Shown: positions 39,146 to 51,849 of the stretch, one piece after another
How the letters are laid out: the number at the start of each line of letters is the position of its first letter
Position numbering within the stretch: the first letter of the stretch is position 1
From: Endomicrobiales bacterium
GTDB taxonomy: Bacteria; Elusimicrobiota; Endomicrobiia; Endomicrobiales; CAWCFT01
Assembly (NCBI GenBank): GCA_963794945.1
Contig: CAWCFT010000001.1
Span: 320,001-384,000, forward strand
Length of the DNA stretch: 64,000 nucleotides
Direction of reading: 5' to 3'
Notes under the pieces: model-generated
Seen by the model: the letters and a program-made list of their open reading frames with translations, nothing else
What the model was told of the DNA's origin: nothing
The model's database searches: none
Program-made: the position numbers and the translations under genes

Positions 39146-40024
39146 ATGAAGATCTACCTAGATGGAAAGCTTGTTGAGAAAGAAGACGCTAAAGTCTCAG
39201 TTTTCGACCATGGTTTGCTGTACGGTGATGGCGTGTTCGAAGGCATACGCGCGTACAACGGCCGCGTGTTCAGGCTGAGAGAACATCTCGATAGGTTCTG
39301 TAATTCAGCTAAGGCCATTATGCTGGACATAATGATGACAAAAAAAGAGCTGGAAACCGCGATGCTCATTACTTTATCAGCGAACAAATTGAAAGACGCG
39401 TATATAAGGCTTGTTGTGACCAGAGGACATGGTGACCTTGGGCTTGATCCTAAAAACTGCCCGAAGCCGACCGTATTCATAATAGCGGATAAAATTAAAC
39501 TTTATCCTGAAGAATTCTATACTAACGGGCTAAAGCTTATAACAGCAGCTACGAGAAGGATGATACCGGACGCTTTAAACCCCTGCATAAAGTCGCTTAA
39601 TTATTTAAATAATATCATGGCGAAAATGGAAGCGACGCGCGCTGGAGTCCCTGAGGCTATACTGCTAAATTCAATGGGATATGTGGCCGAATGCTCGGGC
39701 GACAATATTTTCATAATAAAAGATAACGCTTTGATAACGCCTCCTTCAAGCGCGGGCGCGCTAGAGGGAATAACCCGCGGCGCGGTCATGGAACTTGCCA
39801 AGAATAAGCTCAAACTTCTGGTTAAAGAAGAACTACTTACTACTTACCACCTCTATACTGCTGAGGAGTGTTTTTTGACAGGCACCGCGGCTGAAGTAGT
39901 GCCTGTATCAAATATTGACGGGCGTGTTATAGGCGATGGTAAGCCAGGCAAGGTAACCAATAAATTAGTAAAGGAATTCAGGGAACTGACTAGGCTTACC
40001 GGGGTTCCAATTTACGAGAAGTAA
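39146..40024 (+). CDS. ilvE: Branched-chain amino acid aminotransferase
   Basis: DHGLLYGDGVFEGIR, KSLNYLNN, ECSGDNIF, LEGITR, TGTAAEV. Confidence 0.95.
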   Translation: MKIYLDGKLVEKEDAKVSVFDHGLLYGDGVFEGIRAYNGRVFRLREHLDRFCNSAKAIMLDIMMTKKELETAMLITLSANKLKDAYIRLVVTRGHGDLGLDPKNCPKPTVFIIADKIKLYPEEFYTNGLKLITAATRRMIPDALNPCIKSLNYLNNIMAKMEATRAGVPEAILLNSMGYVAECSGDNIFIIKDNALITPPSSAGALEGITRGAVMELAKNKLKLLVKEELLTTYHLYTAEECFLTGTAAEVVPVSNIDGRVIGDGKPGKVTNKLVKEFRELTRLTGVPIYEK

Positions 40025-40082
40025 AATACAGGTCGTTCGTGGAACTATTCTTAGCCCTTTATTGTCTAATATGTAATGTGAG

Positions 40083-41252
40083 ATGATAAATAATATGAAG
40101 ATAAAAGGCGTCAATCTTGGCGGATGGCTGTTGATGGAGGGTTATATTCTTGGAGGAAGGAATATTGCCGAGTTTGCGTTCAAAAGATCGTTCAGAGAAC
40201 AGAACGGCAATTCTGCTCTTGTTGAATTCGAGAAGCTTTTCAGAAACAATTTCATTACGAAAACTGATTTTGCGAACATCAGGCTGATGGGAGCAAACGC
40301 CGTCAGAGTGCCGTTCAACCATAAACTTATTGAATCACAAGCGTACAAATATTCAGAGAAGGGTTTTAGGTATTTAGACAACGTGATGTCCTGGGCGAAA
40401 TACAATAAGCTCGGGGTCATTCTAGATCTGCACGCAGCATGCGGTTCACAGAATCATGATTGGCATAGCGATTCGACCGGGAAGGCGCTTTTGTGGTTAC
40501 AACCTGATTTTCGCAAAAGAACTTATGCTCTTTGGTCAGCAATAGCTGCCCGTTATAAAGATTGTCCCAGCCTTATAGGCTATGATGTGCTCAACGAGCC
40601 GGTTATTGATAAGTCAAAAGTCGGAATGATAAATGATCTCTATATTGGTATAATTAAAGCTATCCGCGCCCATGATAAAGAACACACTATATTTCTCGAA
40701 GGCAATATATGGGCACAGCAAATAGATTTTCTCTCAAAATTGATAAGCGAGAATGTCACGATTAGTATTCACACGTATTGCCCTTTGAATTTCACGTTCA
40801 ATTTCGTACCGTGCCTTAATTTTCCGGGTAAAATTGAAGGTGATCTCTGGAACCAGCAGAAATTGTTCAGATATCTAGAACCTTACAGGAAATTTGCTGA
40901 AAAATACGATGTGAGGCTTCTTGTAGGCGAATTCGGTATCAACTGGCGCGGCGGACATTTCGGTGAGCTAAAATGGCTCGATGGCATTCTCAAGTCTTTT
41001 GACAAGTTCGGATTTGATTATACATATTGGACCTATAAAGCTATAGCGAACTCGGCCTTTCCCGACGGTATATATCAATACCTTGGCAACAACGCTTATG
41101 TAAGGCGTGAGGGCCCGGTGTATGGATTCGAAAATTACGTGAATTTGTGGAAAAGAGAAAATACTAAAATAGTCGATTTCTGGAAAACAGATAATTTCGC
41201 ACCGAATAAAAAGCTGATATCAGTGCTAAAAAAACATTTTTCCAAAAATTAA
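40083..41252 (+). CDS. Glycoside hydrolase family 5
   Basis: GVNLGGWL, VRVPF, LDLHAA, VLNEP (acid/base), HTY, VGEFG (nucleophile), YWTYK; no signal peptide. Confidence 0.9.
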   Translation: MINNMKIKGVNLGGWLLMEGYILGGRNIAEFAFKRSFREQNGNSALVEFEKLFRNNFITKTDFANIRLMGANAVRVPFNHKLIESQAYKYSEKGFRYLDNVMSWAKYNKLGVILDLHAACGSQNHDWHSDSTGKALLWLQPDFRKRTYALWSAIAARYKDCPSLIGYDVLNEPVIDKSKVGMINDLYIGIIKAIRAHDKEHTIFLEGNIWAQQIDFLSKLISENVTISIHTYCPLNFTFNFVPCLNFPGKIEGDLWNQQKLFRYLEPYRKFAEKYDVRLLVGEFGINWRGGHFGELKWLDGILKSFDKFGFDYTYWTYKAIANSAFPDGIYQYLGNNAYVRREGPVYGFENYVNLWKRENTKIVDFWKTDNFAPNKKLISVLKKHFSKN

Positions 41253-41304
41253 AACTTGTGATAAGTCGCGCCGAAGCACGAGATGTGACTGAAGGAGAAA
41301 TACC

Positions 41305-43784
41305 ATGTCAAATAGATTTACTGAAAGGGTTCAGCGGGTAATAATCATCGCCCAGGAAGAAGCTAAGAGACTCAACCACGACTATGTGGGCACTGAACAT
41401 ATACTGCTCGGCCTCGTTGCGCTTGGAGAAGGAGTACGCCGCGAAGATACTGGCCAACATAGGCGTTGACCTTAGAAAAGTCAGGACGGAAGTAGAGAAG
41501 CTGGTCGGCACCGGTGACAATGTTATGCTGCTTGGCGAGATACCTTTCACCCCGCGCGCCAAAAAGGTCCTTGAACTCGCAGTAGAAGAGGCTCAAAACC
41601 TCGGCCATACATATGTAGGCACCGAACATCTTCTCCTAGGCCTTCTGAGAGAAGAAGAGGGCATCGCGGCAAGGGTACTTGAAAATCTTGGAGTTAAGCT
41701 TAGTGACGTAAGGGAAGAAGTTATTAATCTTCTCGGTGAAGGCGGCGACGGACAACCGGCGCACGGCACACAGAACAAAGTCAAAGACAAAAACTCCCAA
41801 CCTCGATGAATTCGGCCGCGACCTTACGGCCATGGCCAGAGAGAACAAACTTGATCCCGTCATAGGCAGAAATGACGAAATAGAGCGCCTAATACAAATC
41901 CTTTCTAGGCGCACGAAGAACAATCCAGTTCTGATCGGCGACCCCGGCGTGGGAAAGACCGCGATAGTAGAAGGCCTTGCGCAGAAAATAGCATCCGGAG
42001 AAGCGCCGGAGATCTTGCTCTCCAAACGAGTTCTCACTCTTGATCTTGCCGGTGTTGTCGCTGGCACAAAATACCGTGGCGAGTTCGAAGCAAGACTCAA
42101 GAACATAATGGAAGAGATCAGGCGGTCAAAGAATCAAGTAATAATATTCATTGATGAGCTTCATACCGTAATAGGCGCGGGAGCTGCCGAAGGCGCTATT
42201 GATGCATCGAACATGCTTAAACCTGCGCTATCCAGGGGAGAGCTTCAGTGTATAGGAGCAACAACTCTTGACGAGTACCGTAAGCACATAGAACACGACG
42301 CGGCGCTTGAGCGCAGATTTCAACCTATAGTTGTTGAACCGCCAAGCGTAGAAGAAACTATTTCTATAATCGAGGGTTTAAAAGAAAGATACGAGATCCA
42401 CCACAAAGTTATATATACAGCGGGAGCCGTAAGGGCCGCGGCAGAGATGTCGGACAGGTATATCACAGATAGATTCCTTCCTGACAAGGCAATTGACCTT
42501 ATCGATGAAGCAGGGGCCAAAGCCAAACTTCAATCAACACAAACGCCTGATTATCTTAAAGCGAAAGAGGAAGAAGTCGCAAAACTCACAGCTGACAAAG
42601 AAGCCTCCATAGCGAAACAAGAATATGAGAAGGCTGCTAGGATGCGCGACAAAGAAAGGGAGCTCCGAAAAGCTCTTGAAGAAGCCAAGAAAAAATGGCG
42701 CTCAAGCCGCGAAGAAACGAAACCGCAGATCACAGCCGACGATATCGCACATCTTATAGCAAAATGGACGAGGATACCTGTAACGAAACTTACAGAGAAA
42801 GAATCCGAAAAGCTCCTTCATATGGAAGATGAACTAAAAAAAAGGGTTTTGGGACAGGACGAGGCTATAAAAGCCATCTCTCATGCTATCAGGCGTTCAA
42901 GGACAGGCCTTAAAGACCCAAAGAAACCGATCGGAAGTTTTATTTTTCTGGGCCCGACAGGTGTCGGAAAAACTGAGCTGGCCAGAACACTGGCAGAATA
43001 CCTTTTTGGTGACGAAAGCTCACTTATACGCATAGATATGTCCGAATTCATGGAGAAATATTCTGTTTCCAGGTTAATCGGTGCACCTCCCGGCTATGTA
43101 GGATACGAAGAAGGCGGCCAGCTTACTGAACAGGTTCGCCGCAGGCCATATTCGGTCGTTTTATTAGACGAGATTGAAAAAGCCAGCCCTGAAGTGTTCA
43201 ATATACTTCTGCAAATACTAGACGACGGCATACTCAGTGACAACCTAGGACATAAGGTTAATTTCAAAAATACTATAATTATTCTGACCTCAAATGTTGG
43301 CGCCAGGATGATATCTAGAGGTAAATCCTTGGGCTTTCTGGTGCAGGATAACTCTAATTCGGACTATATGAATATAAAAGAGACTGTAATGGAAGAACTC
43401 AAGAAAGCTTTTAACCCTGAATTCCTCAACAGGATCGATGATATACTCGTTTTCCATCCGCTTGACAAACCAGAGATGAAGAAGATACTTGACCTCATAC
43501 TCGAACGTGGAAAGGGCAAGCATATACCCCAAGGTTTCAGCATAGAACTCACAGATAAGGCAAAAGAGTTCCTTCTGGAAAAGGGTTTCGACCCGAATTT
43601 CGGCGCAAGGCCGCTCCACAGGACCATACAGAAATATCTCGATGATATTGTCGCAGAAGAGATCCTAGCCAACCATATTGTCAAAAGCACCACCGGACAA
43701 CCTACGAAAATAATAGCAGACCTTGCTTCTGACGGCAAAAAACTGGAGCTTACGCTTAGAGAAAAACCTAAAGTCGTTTCATAA
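41305..43784 (+). CDS. clpC: ATP-dependent Clp protease ATPase ClpC (two frameshifts)
   Basis: [12 protein letters not shown]...[11 protein letters not shown]lp-N repeats, [11 protein letters not shown] region, [21 protein letters not shown] loop. Confidence 0.95.
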
Positions 43785-46700
43785 TGTTTAAAAAACTGCT
43801 GTATCCGTCATTACTACTGATACCAGCGATAATCATCGGCGCGTATTTCTCGTGGCGTGTGCAATTCATAGAAGGACCAATCCGTGCAGCCCTCCACAAC
43901 CTGACCGGCAGAAATGTAACGTTCACAAGGGTTGTTTACCGTCCTTTCACACAGATATCCATCGAAAACCTCAATATTGACGGTATCATATCGGCGCCTA
44001 TCGTTACATTCTATATTAACCCTCTGAAGCTTGTTAAAACGCATAACATCCCGTATTCCATAAGGAAAGTGATACTATATACACCTGATATAAATTTATC
44101 GGGGGCTTCCAGCTCAGCACTGCCATTTAACACTTACACTGCATCAGGCACTAAATCTCTAAAAACACCTACCGACTTAGTCCTTATTTGGAATAACGGC
44201 AAAATATCTTTAAATGACGTATCTCTCTCGGCATGTTCAGGTCGTGCGATCATTAACGATGTCGTTAACGCACGCATAAATGGAAAAATGCTTGGCGGTA
44301 AAATTGACTGTGAAGTAATATCAGCTAACAGAAAAGGCGAACAGGTTGTAAATATCGTTGGCGGCTACAATGGATTAGGGCTAGATGTGGGCGTCAAGAT
44401 TTTCGGTAAGCTTAAGGATTCAGGTTCTATTGAAGCTTACTGTGAAATACCTAAAATCAGAGCGGGTAATTACTCTTTGAACGATTCAAGTGGAAATTTC
44501 ACGTTCGACAACAGAGCTGTGTCGGGTAGGCTATATACCAAGACCGGAGTTCTGATGTTCGACGGCTCAGATTTTAACCATTTTACTTCGTCCGGCAGTT
44601 TCAAGCTTAAAAATATTTCCGGCATCGGAAGCGGTATAGTCGATGTCCATACTTATAAAAACGATGACGAGTTCAGCGGCCATATTTATGTGTCATCCGT
44701 ATCAGCAGGATCGTTCATGCTTGATAGCGCAAATGTTTATTTGAAGAGCGACCCGAGCGGCGCTTGGAGCCTTAAAGGCAAGCTGATGCCGTCAAAATAC
44801 ACTATTGAAGGATTGCTAACTAAAGACTTAAATCTTACAGTAGCTATAAAGTCTATCAACAATGGCTCGGCAAACATCTCCGGCAGCCTGGCTCCTTTAT
44901 CCATTAAAGTTTCAGTCAATAACTGGGGCCTCTCTGGTACGCCTTTCATCGAATCATTTTATCCGGGCATTACCGGCAGACCTTTCAATTGATGGAGATA
45001 TCAAGCCATACTACCAAAAGTATTCAGTTTTTATCAGCGGCCTGAAATACATAACTATGCCGGCAGATTCGCTTACCGGAACTGTGATAAGGAAAAACGG
45101 CAAATGGTTCGTTAACGCTAAGTCGTTATCAAACAGCTGGGATTTTAAATCTAAGTACGCGGATAATAATGTATGGGACGCTGACATTTCATTCGATAAA
45201 TGCCCGCTAAATAATATATCGGGTTGGCTTAATGACGGACATGTCCTAAGCGGAACACTAACCGGAACGGCTAACTATTCATCAACAAAGGATGGCAACA
45301 TTAAGTTGTCCGCGACAGGCTTGGCTTACGACAATCAACCTATCGGTGATACAAAGTTGAGTATTTCTTTGACAAAGGAAGCAATCAAAGTTGACAGTAT
45401 TACCGTTTACTTAAAAGAAGGCAAGGCAATTATATGGGGGCAAGTAGGCCTTTCTAAAACCGTAAGCGATACAAACCTTAACTTTGACATTCACCAGCTG
45501 CCCGCTGGGAGCTTACTTATTGATGGTAAGCTGATTTTAACCGGCAAGACACGGAGTGACGGATTTACAGATTTCTCCGGCAACATTAAAAGCGATAATT
45601 TCAGTATAAACAAATGGTCTACAAAAGAAATATACGCTTCTATAAAGTTATATGGTGACACGCTTTCCATAAACGATTTTATATGCGCCCCATATTTCAA
45701 GGGCGATTTGAACCTTACCTTTCCACAAAAGACATTAAAAGGCAAATTTCTACTGCAAGATATTCCTCTTAAGAAAATTAATCCTCTTATGAGTGGAATT
45801 GCGAAAGGTGTTCTTAATATTAAAGGTAATATTCTTTTTCCTGAACTTGAACTGAAGTATTCGGCTTCGGGAACTGTCTTCAATGATGTCTCTTTTGACC
45901 ACGCCGGCGATCTTAAGTATTTCAATGGTTTACTTAATATAAATAATATAAGATTATCATGCGGTAAAAGTTTCGCAGATGTTAGTGGGGTGATTTTTCC
46001 GAAAATCAGTTTAAAAGCTGCTTTTTCAAATGTTACCGGAGATATCATAAAACAAATATCTAACATGAAGAGCGCGTTTGGCGGCACATTCTCAGGTGAA
46101 ATGGAAGTTAAAGGAAGTGTTTCAAGGCCGGAAATATCAATCGGTGCAGTCGGCAACAACGTTTCATACGGAGATATTCATCTAAGCGAACTAAAAGGGC
46201 ATGCCTTTTATAGTAATAACATAATCAAATTGAACGCACTTGACGCTAAATATTCAGACAGCGAATTAAAGTTATTGCCCGCCAGCTCTATAGATCTTAA
46301 AAAATCACAATTCGTTATCAAGACCGAGTGTCGGAACGTGCATGTTGGCCCATTCGATGTATTTGGCGGAATTAATGCCACGGGTAAATATGACATATCG
46401 TCAAAAGGGAAAATAGGAGTATTGGCTGACATTTTTGCCAAGAATGTATGGATAAATCAGTATAATCTTACAGATTTCAAAACCGAACTAAAATTAAAGG
46501 ATGGAGTTGTAGAATTCCAACCTAAAGATAAATCCGAACTTAAACTAATAGGGCGGGTTGATCTTAACCAAATGCCGCAAATTAGTGTTCATCATTTAAG
46601 AATTAACTACGAAAATATAAAAGAACTCGCAATCGAAGGCGAGATAGGAAATGATAAATGGGATTTCACGGTATCCGGGAAGAATATTGAAGTATCCGCC

Positions 46701-48479
46701 GCGAGCGAGCTGGCAGGACTTACTTTCCCATGTGACGGCAGCATGGATATTAATATTACGGGCAAAGGTTCCCTAGAAAAACCCCAGTTGGAAGCCAGCA
46801 TAGACCTTTATAAAGGCCAGATATCAAGCATTCCTTATGATAATATCTATTTTTTATTAAGCGCAAAGAAGGATGTTATCACAATACTTAAATCCAGGGT
46901 AACAAGTAAGGGAAAATACTCTATATTGGCAAGCGGCTATTTCGCCTTTCTGCGTCACACAAGAAGGTTATAAAAAGGTGAAGAATAATTCCATCGACCT
47001 CAATGTTACGGCAGAACAAGGATCATTGTCTATTCTTAATGGGCTTACCAGCGAGATAGAAGATGCAAAAGGAAGTTTCAAGGCTCAAGCCCACATAACG
47101 GGAACATTGGCAAAACCAATCGCAAATGGTTATTTCAGCACAAAAGACGGCGAAGTCAGGTCAAACCGCTATTTCAAAAAACTAAAATCACTTAATATAG
47201 ACCTTTTTTGGAGGAACAACCTGCTTGCCGTTAAAGAATTCTCTGGCAGGATAGGGGATGGCATCGTAAAAATCAAAGGTAAGGTATTTTTTAACGGTAT
47301 AACCCCTCAAAAATATGACCTTACCTTTTTTAGCGACGGAAAAAACGGTATACCAATATCTGTGCCTGAGTTGCCTATCCCGTCACCGCTTTTTAAATCC
47401 GAAGACTGGCAGTTCCTGTCGAATCTTTCGCAGGGAGAGCCGCGTTTTTCGGTTCATTTCAGCGGTCCGAGTGATAACCCGCTTCTGTCCGGGTGGGTAA
47501 TACTTGAGAAAACCCATTTTACATATCCGTCACTTGCCAAAGGCACTGGCAGGGAGTCGATCTTTGACGATCTTTGGCCGAAACTTAATTGGAATATAGA
47601 ACTGATCTCAGCTAAAAATACATGGTATGACAACGAACTTGTCAGCGCCAATATTACTGGGAGTATCAAATTTACAGGAAGAGGGCTGCGCCAAATGTTA
47701 ATGGGCACATAGAATGTGTAAATGGAAGCGCAATGTATTTCGGGACGGAATTCAAGATTACGCAAGCGATACTTGATATAAGTAAAGAAGGCGTATTTTT
47801 GCAAGGTGAGGCGGAAAGTGAGGTTTACAATAATTCCCCGGGCACCCCGGGAACTCCAGACAATAATGATACAATACAGATGTTCATAGACAAAGCGGAT
47901 ATAACAAAGATACAGCCTCGTTTCGTGTCCAAGAATGACCCAACCATAACCCCGACAAGGGCTATGGCTATCGCAACTGGAGTAGACCCGGAATCGACAT
48001 CGACAACAGATATGTCGCTGATGATGAGAAAATCTATAATTAGATTAATGGATTCCTCTCTTACTACGCCGTTAGCTAAGAATCTTCTAAGGAGAAGTGG
48101 GATGGTAGACACTTTCAAGGTGCAGTACGTGCCTCAGGAAGCTGTAATACCTGCTGACGCTTCGAACCCGACTATTCCTGAGCTGCTTTCCGGAACAAAA
48201 TATTCTCTTGAAAAGTATATCACGGACAGAATGCTATTCGGATACTCTATGACTTTGGACGAAATGCAGAATAAAATCTTGCCGCGTCACGCGCTGGAAC
48301 TTTCCTATAATATGTTAAAAAACATGCTCCTTAAAGGCACATACGAATTAGAATCAGAAAATCCTCTGCATCAGACGGAAAGACGCATAACCATCGAGAA
48401 ACAATGGAGGTTTGGGTCTATTAATAAAAAAGATGTGTCAAAACCCGCAGATGATCTAAAAAACTACAACCCCAAATAG
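43784..48479 (+). CDS. tamB: TamB/AsmA-like large periplasmic beta-taco protein (four fragments from about three indels)
   Basis: N-terminal TM anchor, long Gly/beta-strand-rich repeats (GSVSRPEI, GSLEKPQL, GTLAKP), DUF490-like C-terminus; directly upstream of bamA. Confidence 0.75.
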
Positions 48480-48609
48480 ATAAATATATGCTTGAATAAT
48501 GAATAAATATATACAACAGAAAGTGTCACTATCTGCCTATTATTAATCATAATAATCCCATCCTGAACGACTTTTGCCCGGCATAATTCATTATTGAATA
48601 ACCATATAT

Positions 48610-48638
48610 TTGATTATTTTTCATTATTTTAATATAAT
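48610..48638 (+). promoter_or_regulatory. sigma70-type promoter of the bamA-lpx operon
   Basis: TTGATT-17 nt-TATAAT. Confidence 0.55.
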
Positions 48639-48745
48639 ACTGAAGTATTTTGCATATTTTACCTGATTTTCAAACTGCTTTTGATTTGCAATTATGTTTA
48701 AGATGTTGTTTAACCGGGCTATCCAAATACACGGGAGTATATTTC

Positions 48746-51037
48746 ATGAAGAAAGCAGTATTAATATTAGTTGTTGCGGGACTTTTTTTGTCAGCTGGCG
48801 AGGCGCAAGCAAAAAAAGCCTTAAACACTATAAAATATTCAAAAACCATAAGTGCCGTTGCGGTAGAAGGCTTGATCAATGTAAAAGAAAAACTTGTTAG
48901 AAATCAGCTAAAACTGCAAAAAGGGAAAGCATATCAGGATGATGCCGCAAAATCAGACATGCAATCAATACTGGAGCTTGGTTATTTCGATAATGTCGAA
49001 GTAGCTGTTGATACATCTACCTGGAAGGTAACATACAAAGTTAAGGAAAAACCCTATATCAAGAAAATTAGTTTCAAGGGTAATAAAGTCTTCTCCCTAG
49101 GAAAGCTAAAGGGTGAGATGACGCTAAAGGAAAAGGAATTCTACGATCTGGCAAAGTTTGAAGAATCCAAGACAAAGGTCATTACGTTATATAAAGACAA
49201 AGGATATGCGGACGTAAAGCTTGAAACCGTCCCAACTATAGATGATGTCACAAACTTAATGGTGCTTACTTTTATTATCACGGAAGGGAACCGCATTCTT
49301 ATTGGCGATATTAAAATCGAAGGCGCGACAGCTTACAAATCCAAAAAAATCCTAGGACTGATGAAAACAAAGCCGAAGAAGGTTTATAAAGAAGAGACCC
49401 TTCAAGAAGACAGAAGAGAAATAGAAAAATTTTACAAAAATAACGGTTATATTAAAGCGGAAACTTACACTCCTGTGATCACATACAATAAGGACCGTAC
49501 ACTAATGAGCATACTAATAACGATGAAGGAAGGCGCAAAGTATAAGATTGGCAAGATCGCTTTTCAGGGTAACACTGTGTTTTCAGTGAAGGATCTCGAA
49601 AAGGTTCTTTCTATAAAAACAGGGAAGTTGTTCAGTGACGAAAAGCTTCAAGATAGCCTTCAATCCATGCAAGAGATGTATTCGGACAAAGGATATTTGC
49701 ACGCGAGGATAAGGCCAGATTTTAACCCCGATGAACCAAATGGCATCATGAATATTACTTTTGATATAACGGAAAACGATATAGTTTATCTTGGCACCCT
49801 TTATGTCGACGGTTTGACCAATACCAAAGAATACGTGATCCGAAGGGAAGTATTACTTAAAGAGGGCGATGTATTTTCAGCGGCAAAGGTGCGTAGAAGC
49901 CTCGAAAAGATTAACAACCTGGGTTTTATAGAATCTGTCGACCCTCAGCTCCAGCCAACTGAAAAACGCGATGTAACAGATCTTGTGCTCAACGTTACCG
50001 AAGGAAAACCGGGAATGCTGACTGCCGGTGGTGGTTATTCCTCAGTTCAAGGCTTGGTAGGCACATTGCAGCTCCAGCATATTAATCTTTTTGGAAGGGG
50101 AGAAAGATTGAACCTGCAATATCAGTTCGGCTCTCTGCAGAATAGTTATCAGGTCACATGGACCGAACCATGGTTAATGCAGAAACCTACTGCCTTAAGT
50201 TTAAGTTTATTCAATACACAGACAATACTTGCATATGCAACCACGATCAGCGCATACCAGGAAAACAGAAAAGGTACATCCGTGACAGTAAGTCCCAGGC
50301 TTAGTGATTTTCTTAGCTTATCGTTCATGTACACATATGAAGATATCGCCATATCTAATATTGACGCCTCGGTCGCTTACAGTTCTTCATACCCTACGGG
50401 TATATCGCCGTCTAACGCTATAACCTCAAGTTTACAAACTTCGATAATTTGGGATACAAGAGATAATATTTTTGACGCCTCAAGGGGCGGCAAAAAATCA
50501 CTTTCATTGCAGTATGCCGGCGGCCCGCTTGGAGGGGACATTAACTTTATTAGGGCCGTTGCCGCGAGTTCGTGGTACTTCCCGACGTTTTGGAAATTCG
50601 TTCTGTCGGTGAACCTCCAGGCCGGTGCGATAGATAAGTTCAATACTGATCAGGATGTTCCAATTTATGAGAGGTTCTATGTCGGCGGCGCGGATACTGT
50701 AAGAGGTTATCAATACAGGACAGAGATAGGGCCTCTTCAGGGTGGAAAAGCTATGGGTGTGGCAAATATAGAGTATAAATTCCCTATTGTTTCCGAAAAG
50801 AACCACACAGTTCTTCAAGGAGCATGTTTTTATGACATTGGCGGTACCTGGTTAAGTGCGGACGATATCGACCTTTCGCTAGGTGAAGAAAGGACAAAAC
50901 TCAAGGCCGGTATCGGTTTTGGGATACGTTTTACAACACCCGTCTTTCCGCTAAGGCTTGATTGGGGGTACGGTCTTAATCATGCTCCTGGAGAAGCCCT
51001 AACTCAATTCTACTTTACTATAGGGAACATTTTTTAA
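48746..51037 (+). CDS. bamA: Outer membrane protein assembly factor BamA
   Basis: Signal peptide, POTRA repeats, NLFGRG, GGADTVRGY, C-terminal FTIGNIF. Start at ATG 48746. Confidence 0.95.
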   Translation: MKKAVLILVVAGLFLSAGEAQAKKALNTIKYSKTISAVAVEGLINVKEKLVRNQLKLQKGKAYQDDAAKSDMQSILELGYFDNVEVAVDTSTWKVTYKVKEKPYIKKISFKGNKVFSLGKLKGEMTLKEKEFYDLAKFEESKTKVITLYKDKGYADVKLETVPTIDDVTNLMVLTFIITEGNRILIGDIKIEGATAYKSKKILGLMKTKPKKVYKEETLQEDRREIEKFYKNNGYIKAETYTPVITYNKDRTLMSILITMKEGAKYKIGKIAFQGNTVFSVKDLEKVLSIKTGKLFSDEKLQDSLQSMQEMYSDKGYLHARIRPDFNPDEPNGIMNITFDITENDIVYLGTLYVDGLTNTKEYVIRREVLLKEGDVFSAAKVRRSLEKINNLGFIESVDPQLQPTEKRDVTDLVLNVTEGKPGMLTAGGGYSSVQGLVGTLQLQHINLFGRGERLNLQYQFGSLQNSYQVTWTEPWLMQKPTALSLSLFNTQTILAYATTISAYQENRKGTSVTVSPRLSDFLSLSFMYTYEDIAISNIDASVAYSSSYPTGISPSNAITSSLQTSIIWDTRDNIFDASRGGKKSLSLQYAGGPLGGDINFIRAVAASSWYFPTFWKFVLSVNLQAGAIDKFNTDQDVPIYERFYVGGADTVRGYQYRTEIGPLQGGKAMGVANIEYKFPIVSEKNHTVLQGACFYDIGGTWLSADDIDLSLGEERTKLKAGIGFGIRFTTPVFPLRLDWGYGLNHAPGEALTQFYFTIGNIF

Positions 51038-51055
51038 CTTGCAGGAGAGTATTAA

Positions 51056-51829
51056 ATGAAAGTTTTTAAATTAACCTTTTCAGCCGCTTTGATTATTGCA
51101 GCATCTGCGCTGTTATTGAGCGAGCGTTTATTGGCTGTTACGATACCGCTGGATAATGCGGTAATCAATAGTTCCAGCCAGAACCAGGAGAATAACTCTA
51201 AAGGTTCATCATCGGGCGGAATAGCATACGTTGATATAGAGTTTATCTTCAACCAGCACCCGATGACCGCGCGTCTTAAAACCGAATTTGAAGCTGAAGT
51301 CGATAAACGCAAAAAAGAATTCATGCTCATCGAAAGCTCAATGACCAGCATACAGGATGTTATAGTTTCAAGCACAGCTGAGATAAGCAAACTTAAGGCA
51401 GAAATAGACCAAGTGAAGAAGGCCATCGAAGAAAAGAATCAGCCTCCAAAAACCATGGTTCTGCCGGGCACGACTAACGTTATTTTAGTTACACCGGCTG
51501 TCAGCTCAACAACCTTGAAGGCTGACCCGTCTATTATTGATGCTGACGAAAAAATAATTAAAGAAAGAGAGGCAACAATCGCCTCGTTGAAAGAAATATA
51601 TTCGAAAGACAAACATGAGATCGATGTAAAGACAAAAACAAATAAAAGCGATCTAGTTAAGCTTGAGGCCGACAATACTCAGGAAGTGCTTTCGGATATA
51701 TATAAGATCCTAGGCAAGATAGCTACGGAAGAAGGTATAACGATAGTTGTCGATAAGAACAATGTTCTTTACGGACAAGCTTCTCAAGATCTAACACAAA
51801 AGGTACTGGAACGAATGAGAGGCCATTAG
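51056..51829 (+). CDS. skp: OmpH/Skp-family periplasmic chaperone (extended)
   Basis: IAYVDIEFIF, long coiled coil, IVVDKNNVLYG...DLTQKVL; lies between bamA and lpxD. Confidence 0.8.
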   Translation: MKVFKLTFSAALIIAASALLLSERLLAVTIPLDNAVINSSSQNQENNSKGSSSGGIAYVDIEFIFNQHPMTARLKTEFEAEVDKRKKEFMLIESSMTSIQDVIVSSTAEISKLKAEIDQVKKAIEEKNQPPKTMVLPGTTNVILVTPAVSSTTLKADPSIIDADEKIIKEREATIASLKEIYSKDKHEIDVKTKTNKSDLVKLEADNTQEVLSDIYKILGKIATEEGITIVVDKNNVLYGQASQDLTQKVLERMRGH

Positions 51830-51849
51830 AGCCGGGTTTAGATACGACC

